From positions 14,068-78,067 of the forward strand of contig JBGTSH010000002.1 of assembly GCA_041940405.1 (NCBI GenBank): a DNA stretch of 64,000 nt. Direction: 5' to 3'. Positions 58,007 through 64,000 of this stretch are shown here, in pieces; the first letter of the stretch is position 1, and every line of letters begins with the position of its first letter. A model generated the notes under the pieces. The model saw nothing but the letters and a program-made list of their open reading frames with translations. It was not told the origin of the DNA and searched no databases. The translations under genes were made by a program, and so were the position numbers. Origin of the DNA: Polyangiaceae bacterium (lineage in GTDB: Bacteria; Myxococcota_A; Polyangia; Polyangiales; Polyangiaceae).

Positions 58007-58321
58007 GATGCCAGAGCCATCCCTTTCAAACGTCCTCGCGGGTCCCGTCAGCGCGAGATGGCCGTGCCATCTGCGCCGAACGTCCACGTGGGTCTCGTCA
58101 GCGAGCGATGGCCGCGCCATCTGGGCCGAACGTCCACGTGGGTCTCGTCTGCGAGCGATGGCCCCGCCATCTGTGCCGAACGTCCCCGTGGGTCTCGTCA
58201 GCGAGCGATGGCCCCGCCATCTGCGCCGAACGTCCTCGTGGGTCTCGTCTGCGAGCGATGGCCCCGCCATCTGCGCCGAACGTCCACGTGGGTCTCGTCT
58301 GCGAGCGATGGCCCCGCCATC
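58007..58321. repeat. tandem array, 50-bp period, 7 hairpin cores (right array, inverted relative to the left array)
   Basis: GATGGC-NNN-GCCATC starts at 58007 (degenerate), 58057, 58107, 58157, 58207, 58257 and 58307. The unit consensus is GATGGCCSCGCCATCTGCGCCGAACGTCCACGTGGGTCTCGTCWGCGAGC. Confidence 0.95.
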
Positions 58322-58408
58322 GACCGGCAACGTCTTTTGGGGGAATGGCTGCGGTCCGCCGTCTGCGGGGTGCCGCGCGACCAACTTTCCCCTTGCGCCG
58401 CGCGTTGA

Positions 58409-58424
58409 GAATGAATATTCATTC
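58409..58424. promoter_or_regulatory. perfect 16-bp palindrome GAATGAATATTCATTC (candidate TetR operator O1) overlapping the tetR-like start codon
   Basis: Read directly. It is an AT-rich island in about 70% GC DNA, and a near-identical copy lies at 59094. Confidence 0.75.
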
Positions 58425-59037
58425 GTCCGTGGCTCGAGCAACAGCGGAGCGACCTGACGACAAGCGCGAGGCGATCTTGCGCGCGGCGCTCAAGCTGTTC
58501 GCGGAGCGGGGGTTTTACGGGACGGCTGTGCCCGAGATCGCCGAGGAGGCGAGGGTCGCGGCGGGAACGATCTACCGCTACTTCGAGGGGAAAGAGGCGC
58601 TCGTGAACGCCCTCTTCAAGCGCTACAAGTCGGCGCTCGCGGCGACCTTGATGGGCGACTTTCCCTACGACGGATCGCCGCGGGAGCAGTTTCATCACTT
58701 CTTCGTGCGAGCGATGGCCTTCGCGAAGAAAGAGAAGCTCGCCTTCCAGTTTCTCGAAGCGCACCACCACGCTCCGTATCTCGATGAGGAGAGCCGCGCG
58801 ATCGAGGAGCGGACGCTCGAGCCGGCGCGGATCTTCTTCGAGCAGTGCGAGCGGCTGAAGGTCACGCGGAAGGTGGCCCCCGAAGCGCTGGGGTCAATCG
58901 TTTGGGGCGGCATCGTCGGACTCGTGAAGTCGGGGTGGGAAGGCCGCTTGGTCATCGACGCGAAGGTCGAAGGGGCGATCGAAGAAGCGCTTTGGGACGC
59001 GCTGAAGCGGCCGGCCTCCGAGCGATCGAGCGACTGA
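58411..59037 (+). CDS. TetR/AcrR-family transcriptional regulator
   Basis: N-terminal HTH KREAILRAALKLFAERGFYGTAVPEIAEEARVAAGTIYRYFEGKEAL. ATG 58411 lies inside the palindrome, and GTG 58429 is an alternative start. Only the 3' part of track ORF 57850..59037 looks real. Confidence 0.88.
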   Translation: MNIHSSVARATAERPDDKREAILRAALKLFAERGFYGTAVPEIAEEARVAAGTIYRYFEGKEALVNALFKRYKSALAATLMGDFPYDGSPREQFHHFFVRAMAFAKKEKLAFQFLEAHHHAPYLDEESRAIEERTLEPARIFFEQCERLKVTRKVAPEALGSIVWGGIVGLVKSGWEGRLVIDAKVEGAIEEALWDALKRPASERSSD

Positions 59038-59051
59038 GGTTCGGTGTGTCG

Positions 59052-59081
59052 AGGCCCGCCTGGTTCGAGGCGGGCTTTCTT
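59052..59081 (+). terminator. intrinsic terminator after the TetR gene
   Basis: GCCCGCC-tggttcga-GGCGGGC followed by TTTCTT. Confidence 0.7.
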
Positions 59082-59093
59082 GGTTCGGACTCA

Positions 59094-59109
59094 GAATGAA
59101 TGTTCATTC
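59094..59109. promoter_or_regulatory. GAATGAATGTTCATTC (candidate TetR operator O2, one mismatch to O1), 33 nt upstream of the SDR start
   Basis: Read directly from the sequence. Confidence 0.75.
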
Positions 59110-59141
59110 GTTGTTCTGCGGAATAGGAAAAGGAGCCTCTC

Positions 59142-60026
59142 ATGAAGCCTCTCGTCGTCCTCATCACGGGTGCCACTGCCGGTATCGGTCGCGCGGCTGC
59201 GCTCGAGCTCGCTCGAGCCGGGCATCGCGTCTTCGCCACGGGCAGGCGTGCCGAGGCGCTCGCGTCACTCGCCAAGGAAGCGGAGGGCCTCGCGCTCGAG
59301 ACGCTCGTGCTCGACGTGACGAAGCAAGCTTCGATCGAGAGCGCCAAGGCAGAGATCGATCGCCGGACCGGCGGCCACGGCGTCGACGTGCTGGTCAACA
59401 ACGCGGGCTATGGCCTCGTCGGTCCGCTCGAGGACATCTCGGATGCGGATCTCCGCAAGCAGTACGACACGAACGTGTTCGGCCTCATGGCGATGACGCG
59501 CGCGTTCCTTCCTGCGATGCGTGCTCGGAAGAGCGGTCGCGTCATCAACGTGAGCAGCATGGGCGGTAAGGTGACCTTCCCGTTCATGGGCGCGTACAAC
59601 TCGACCAAGTACGCGATCGAGTCGCTGTCCGACGCGCTCCGCGTCGAGGTCGCTCCGTTCGGCGTCTACGTCTCGCTCGTGGAGCCGGGCGCCATCAAGA
59701 CGGAGTTCGCCGACGTGGCGATCGGCGGAGCCACGCGCAACGAGGGCTCGGCGTGGGGGCCCGCGATCGAGGAGTCCGACGCGATGCGCGCGAAGTTCGA
59801 CGCGACCGCCGTCGGTCCCGATGTTGTGGCGCGCGCGATCCACCGCGCGGCAGTCGCGCGAAGGCCGTCTGCCCGCTACGTCGCGCCCTTCAGCACGTAC
59901 GCCGTCCTCGCGTTCTTCCGTCTGATGCCCACGCGCTGGATGGACTGGCTCCTCGCCGTCGCGACCGGCAACACCGCGAAGAAGCTCTTCGGCGGCCGAA
60001 AGCGCGACGCTCTGCTCGCCGCCTGA
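59142..60026 (+). CDS. SDR-family oxidoreductase
   Basis: TGATAGIG, NNAG and YNSTKYAIESL motifs. RBS AAAGGAG. Confidence 0.92.
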   Translation: MKPLVVLITGATAGIGRAAALELARAGHRVFATGRRAEALASLAKEAEGLALETLVLDVTKQASIESAKAEIDRRTGGHGVDVLVNNAGYGLVGPLEDISDADLRKQYDTNVFGLMAMTRAFLPAMRARKSGRVINVSSMGGKVTFPFMGAYNSTKYAIESLSDALRVEVAPFGVYVSLVEPGAIKTEFADVAIGGATRNEGSAWGPAIEESDAMRAKFDATAVGPDVVARAIHRAAVARRPSARYVAPFSTYAVLAFFRLMPTRWMDWLLAVATGNTAKKLFGGRKRDALLAA

Positions 60027-60050
60027 CGAGAGTGGGCTATCCTCGGGCGG

Positions 60051-60578
60051 GTGGGTGTCATCGTCACCGCGCGGCTCGAGCTGGTGCCGATCACGGTCGC
60101 CGTCGTCGAGGCCGTCCTCGACGGCGACCGCGCTCGCGCCGAACGGCTCCTGGGCGCGACGATGCCCCACGCCTGGCCGAACCGTGCGCTGATCGAGCGC
60201 GCCTTCTACGCGTCACCCGCCGCGATCCGCGAAAATCCGGAGGTGCGCTTGTGGGGCGATCGCGTGCTCATCACGCGCGAACGGACCCGGCGCGTCGTGG
60301 GCAGCGTCATCTTCCACGGCGCGCCCGACGCCGAGGGCAGCGTCGAAGTTGCGTACGGCATCGAAGAGGACTCGCAGCGCCAGGGTTACGCGACCGAGGC
60401 GACGCGCGCGAGCGTCGAGTGGGCGTTCGAACAGCGTGAGGTAACCGTGGTGCGCGCCGCGACGCCGCCATGGCACATCGCCTCGCAGAAGGTTCTCGAG
60501 CGCTGCGGCCTCGCCAAGGTCGGCGATCGCGATAGCCCCCTCGGCGAGCTCTGGGAGTACGAAAGGCGCCGCGCATAG
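60051..60578 (+). CDS. GNAT-family N-acetyltransferase (RimJ/RimL-like)
   Basis: ARLELVPIT N-terminus and a QRQGYATEA acetyl-CoA-binding-type motif. GTG start. Confidence 0.8.
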   Translation: MGVIVTARLELVPITVAVVEAVLDGDRARAERLLGATMPHAWPNRALIERAFYASPAAIRENPEVRLWGDRVLITRERTRRVVGSVIFHGAPDAEGSVEVAYGIEEDSQRQGYATEATRASVEWAFEQREVTVVRAATPPWHIASQKVLERCGLAKVGDRDSPLGELWEYERRRA

Positions 60579-60589
60579 CGCCGCGCGAT

Positions 60590-61468
60590 CTACGCGCGCT
60601 TGGGTCGCTTGGTCGGCGGCGGCTCGGGCTTTGCCGGCTTTCCCTTCGAGAGCGGAAAGAGCTGGATGCAAAGCTGGTAGACGCGCTCCGGCTCCTCGTC
60701 GCTGTCGCAGCGATGGAGCATCTCTTCGCGGAAGCGCTGAATCTTGGCCTTCAGGTCGGCGAGCGTCGATTCCTTGATGCAGACCGTGGTGGCGGCGACG
60801 TAGCGCTCGTCCGCAGGGACGCGTTCGACGGCTTTGGCCGCTTGCTCGATCATCTGAAGGTGGTAGGCGGGGACCACCACGCTTCGGACCTCGTGCCCGG
60901 TGGTGACACTCGCCTCGCCGCGCTCGATCTTCCCGCTCGCGTCGCGGACGAGAAGCCCCAATTTGAGGAGCGTCTCGAGGGCTGCCTTGGCCTGTCGGGG
61001 CTCGATGCTCGGTTGGATCTGCGACGCGATCCATGCCGGGTCCTCGCGAAAGTCGTCCCGAGCCGCGAGCTCCCGTATCGCCGGGTAGTACCAGCGGGTG
61101 AGGTACTCGAAGAGCGGGCCGTCGAGCTTCTTCGCTGCACGAAAATGCCGGTTCGCGGCAACGCGCTCGAAGGCGCGGTTTCGCTCGGCCACCGTCTGGG
61201 CCTGGTTCATCGCCACGAGTTGCGCGAAGAAGTCGGCCTCGTTCGCCCCGAGCTTCATCGCCTTGGCGACCTTCTCGACCGCCTGCGGGCCGAGGTTGCG
61301 GTCGCCATCCATCACGAGCTTGATGAAGTTCGACGAGGTGAAGCCCGCTTTGCGCGCCAAATAGCGGAAGGAGTACTGCGGCATCGCAGCCTTGGAAGCC
61401 GCGAAGTGATCGCGCATGAAGGCGCGGTAGTCGACGTACTCGTAGACGCTCGGTAACGAGGCGGACAC
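60590..61468 (-). CDS. TIGR02147/DUF4423-family protein (putative HTH regulator)
   Basis: YEYVDYRAFMRDHFAASKAAMPQYSFRYLARKAGFTSSNFIKLVMDGDRNLG..EADFFAQLV closely follows the family N-terminal pattern. Confidence 0.85.
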   Translation of the reverse strand: MSASLPSVYEYVDYRAFMRDHFAASKAAMPQYSFRYLARKAGFTSSNFIKLVMDGDRNLGPQAVEKVAKAMKLGANEADFFAQLVAMNQAQTVAERNRAFERVAANRHFRAAKKLDGPLFEYLTRWYYPAIRELAARDDFREDPAWIASQIQPSIEPRQAKAALETLLKLGLLVRDASGKIERGEASVTTGHEVRSVVVPAYHLQMIEQAAKAVERVPADERYVAATTVCIKESTLADLKAKIQRFREEMLHRCDSDEEPERVYQLCIQLFPLSKGKPAKPEPPPTKRPKRA

Positions 61469-61604
61469 CGACCTCTCAGCTTATCGGAGGCTCGGCGCGT
61501 CGGCTCCGTGCTTCTGGATCTTCCGTATTCTTTGCGAACACGGTAGGACCCTACCATCAGGAGCGCACCGGCCCGTAGGCTCTGGTAGTCTCGTTGGGGT
61601 CCCA

Positions 61605-62378
61605 ATGAAGCATCTAGCCGTGCTTGTCACGAGCCTCGCTTGCGCGGGGCTCCTCTCGTGTGGGCCAAGGGGTGGTACCGACGTCGGCAACGGCGCCACG
61701 GCCACCGTCTCGTTCAACCTGCGTGCTGTCGAAGACGGCGAGGGCACGTCGTCGCCGCACGTCGTCACGCTCAAGAACGGCGTCGAGGTCGACGCCGTAT
61801 GGATCGCCGTGGAGCACTTCGAGCTCCGCGAGGGCGAGGACTGCGGCGGCGACGTCGGAGACAACGTCACCTACGAGGGGCGAGCGATCGCGAACTTGCT
61901 GACCGCCGGGGTCGCTGGCGAGCGGCCGGTGTTCGACGTGCCCACGGGCGCGTATTGCCGGCTGCGGATGCGCCTCCACAAGGTCGCCGGGAACGACGTT
62001 CCGTCCGACGCTCCGGCGGAGCTCGCGGGCAACTCGATCCTCATCTCGGGGCGACGCGCCGATGGCGTGCCGTTCACCGTCGCCAGCAGGCAGCACGTCA
62101 ACTTCCGGCTCGACGCGAACGACGCATCGTTCGACATCGAGGGTGACCAACCCTTCATCCTCGCCTTCTCGCTCCTCGCGATGATCGACTCGCTCGATCT
62201 CGACTCGTACCCGGGCCCGACGATCGTCATCAACGACGCCAGCGAGCCTCAGGTCGTGAACGAGTTCGATCGCGCTCTGCGCGAGGCGGTGACCCTCCAT
62301 CGCGACACGAACGCGGACGGAGCCCTCTCTGCAGAAGAAGGCTCGGCCCGCGTCGCCGAAGGCAGCGCCGAAGAGTAG
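61605..62378 (+). CDS. hypothetical lipoprotein (257 aa)
   Basis: Signal peptide plus lipobox (LACAGLLSC) and beta-rich composition. It is divergent from the TIGR02147-family gene. Confidence 0.7.
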   Translation: MKHLAVLVTSLACAGLLSCGPRGGTDVGNGATATVSFNLRAVEDGEGTSSPHVVTLKNGVEVDAVWIAVEHFELREGEDCGGDVGDNVTYEGRAIANLLTAGVAGERPVFDVPTGAYCRLRMRLHKVAGNDVPSDAPAELAGNSILISGRRADGVPFTVASRQHVNFRLDANDASFDIEGDQPFILAFSLLAMIDSLDLDSYPGPTIVINDASEPQVVNEFDRALREAVTLHRDTNADGALSAEEGSARVAEGSAEE

Positions 62379-62399
62379 CTGGGCCCTCAGGCGCCCAAC

Positions 62400-62918
62400 C
62401 TAGGCACCCTGCACGGTGACCTTGATCATCTTGACCGGGGTCACAGGGCGATCGTCGGGACGCGTCGGCGTCTTCTCGATCTTGTGGACGACGTCCATGC
62501 CCTCGATCACCTTGCCGAAGACCGGGTGTTTCGACGGGCCGGGCGAGAACCAGTCGAGGTAGGCGTTGTGGACGGTGTTGACGAAGAACTGGCAGCTGCC
62601 GGAGTTCGGCGCGCCGGTGTTCGCCATCGAGAGCGTCCCAGGCTCATTCGAGAGCTTGGCGTTCTCGGGATGCTCGTCCTTGATCGTGCCGTCGGGGCCG
62701 TCGCCGGTGCCGGCGCGTCGGCTCTCGGGATCCTTCGAATGAGGACAGCCGAACTGCAGCATGAAGCCGTCGATCACACGGTGAAAATGCAGGCCGTCGT
62801 AGAAGCCGGACTTCGCGAGCTTCACGAAGTTGTTCGCCGTGATCGGCATCTTGTCGACGAAGAGCTCGACCTTGAAGTTGCCGAGCGAGGTCTCGCAGAG
62901 AGCGGTCGGGTTGGCCAT
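62400..62918 (-). CDS. cyclophilin-type peptidyl-prolyl cis-trans isomerase
   Basis: [33 protein letters not shown] and HPVFGKV motifs. The start was trimmed to ATG 62918. Confidence 0.93.
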   Translation of the reverse strand: MANPTALCETSLGNFKVELFVDKMPITANNFVKLAKSGFYDGLHFHRVIDGFMLQFGCPHSKDPESRRAGTGDGPDGTIKDEHPENAKLSNEPGTLSMANTGAPNSGSCQFFVNTVHNAYLDWFSPGPSKHPVFGKVIEGMDVVHKIEKTPTRPDDRPVTPVKMIKVTVQGA

Positions 62919-62988
62919 GCGCGAGAAGCTAGGCAAAGCCGGCGCGGGATACAACCAGGCCGTCACCCGAGGCGTTCACGTCGGTCGG

Positions 62989-63924
62989 CTACTGCGTCGG
63001 ACACGTCGCAGATTGCCCCATGCCCAGCGCGTGGAGCGCTTCGATCGCAGCAGGACTGAGCGCGGCAGGATAAATCGAGAGCTCGTCGACCGGGCCCGCG
63101 AACCCGTTGCCGAAGGTGAGCGAGCCGTCGAGGGCGGGCATCGTGGAGTCGGTCCCCGTCGCCAAGTTCACGGGCGCGACGCCGTCGACGAAGATCTGCA
63201 GATCCTCGCCGTCGCCGTTCATGAGTGGCGCCTCTTGGTAGACCGCGACGACGTGATGGATGCCGCCGCCCGCGAAATCGAAGTTCTCGAGCGCGACGCG
63301 ATCGGTGGCCCCGCCGGCGCCGAAGAAACGGAAGCGGATCGCGTCGAGGCCCATCGTGTCGAAGCGCTCTTCGAGCCTGAGGACGAAGCCATCGGTCCCG
63401 GCGAGGAGCGCGACGACCTCTTCGCTGTAGTCCATGGGCGGTCGGAACCAGAGCTCGATCGTGAACGCCTGCGCGCCGCCGAAGAAGCCCGAGAGCGCCG
63501 GGAGTGAGAGGCTGCCGTCGGGAGCGAAGCTCGCCGCCGCCAGGCTGCCGGCCGCGAGCGGAGCCTCGGCGTTGCGCGTGCCTGTGTAGCCCGCGGATCC
63601 GCCCCACGAGCCGAAGTTCATCTCCGAGTCTCCGGCGGCACCGTCGAGCCTCAGACGAACCACGGGACCGAGCGCCTCGACGCAGTCGTCGTAGCCCGGT
63701 ACCTCGCCGCCGCCTCCGCCGCCGGTCGCCGCTGCGGTCGAGCTCGCATTCGTGGCAGATGCGGACGCCGTCGCCGAGAGCGTAGCGCTTGCGGCGGTAC
63801 CGATCGCCTGCGAGCCGGACGAGGCGCCTCCCGCGCCGTCCTGAAGGTCGTCCAGGGAGACGACGAGGTTGCAGCCTACGACGAGGGTCGCGCTGACGAC
63901 GGCGACGAGCCTCGGGCAGGACAT
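62989..63924 (-). CDS. LamG/concanavalin-A-like lectin-domain lipoprotein
   Basis: Lipobox LVVGC and an S/A/T/G linker, followed by FTIELWFRP..HHVVAVY..LQIFVDG..VDELSIYPAALS, typical of LamG-fold domains. Confidence 0.75.
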   Translation of the reverse strand: MSCPRLVAVVSATLVVGCNLVVSLDDLQDGAGGASSGSQAIGTAASATLSATASASATNASSTAAATGGGGGGEVPGYDDCVEALGPVVRLRLDGAAGDSEMNFGSWGGSAGYTGTRNAEAPLAAGSLAAASFAPDGSLSLPALSGFFGGAQAFTIELWFRPPMDYSEEVVALLAGTDGFVLRLEERFDTMGLDAIRFRFFGAGGATDRVALENFDFAGGGIHHVVAVYQEAPLMNGDGEDLQIFVDGVAPVNLATGTDSTMPALDGSLTFGNGFAGPVDELSIYPAALSPAAIEALHALGMGQSATCPTQ

Positions 63925-64000
63925 GGTAGGAATCTAGCGGTCGCGGCCAGCGCTGCGCAACGCCGGAGGACTGAGCCATGTGCGAGATCGACGGGCGCGT

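Larger units (their letters stand above)
56696..58321. mobile_element. REPtron-like unit: RAYT-type transposase gene flanked by two inverted 50-bp tandem repeat arrays
   Basis: See the component features. The array unit consensus on the right is the reverse complement of the one on the left. Confidence 0.75.

Noticed and set aside
56696-58321. CRISPR array interpretation of the 50-bp periodic repeats
   Set aside because: The 35-nt segments between the hairpin cores are themselves conserved from unit to unit, so there are no unique spacers. No cas genes are present. The two arrays are inverted around a transposase-like gene. This is a tandem repeat or REP-type element, not a CRISPR.
56547-58457. 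ORFs running through the repeat arrays (56547..56903 -, 56835..57296 +, 57837..58457 +, 57848..58441 -, 57512..58408 +), giving periodic peptides such as ..MAAPSTSNVLLGLIERRWPRH..
   Set aside because: The periodic peptide sequence is a by-product of translating the 50-bp DNA repeat; because 50 is not a multiple of 3, the frame rotates between units. All six frames are open, and there is no RBS or start context.
63978-64000. Possible plus-strand gene start (GGAGGA-N8-ATG TGC GAG ATC GAC...) at the right edge
   Set aside because: Only 23 nt are visible, which is too little to support a CDS call.

Overview
High-GC (about 70%) bacterial chromosomal DNA, densely coded on both strands. The gene content suggests Myxococcota (Polyangia-like): many Cys-lipobox lipoproteins with Gly/Ser/Thr-rich linkers, PEGA, FG-GAP and MopE-like Cys-rich modules, DUF4423/TIGR02147-type regulators and hybrid PAS histidine kinases. 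Because of the GC content, most long ORFs in the six-frame track are antisense or out-of-frame shadows rich in R/G/P/D/H. I kept about 60 CDS with protein-like composition, recognisable motifs, plausible RBS or translational coupling, and trimmed many N-terminal over-extensions. One real gene is missing from the track: a POT-family transporter on the minus strand at 1..1680 that runs off the left edge. I saw no rRNA, tRNA, CRISPR or prophage. The clearest structure not explained by ordinary genes is at 56.7-58.3 kb. There, an HUH/Tyr (RAYT-like) transposase gene is bracketed by two mutually inverted, exactly phased 50-bp tandem repeat arrays built around the hairpin core GATGGC-NNN-GCCATC, a REPtron-like locus. 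Next to it is a TetR-SDR-GNAT module with two copies of an AT-rich 16-bp palindromic operator. Other points are a LigD-like PE-Pol protein with no ligase domain or Ku, tandem paralogous hybrid kinases, a TAG-interrupted ORF, a FadJ-like protein without its Rossmann domain, a stress-protein cluster, and several unusual operon pairings. All family assignments come from reading motifs by eye and need HMM or BLAST confirmation.
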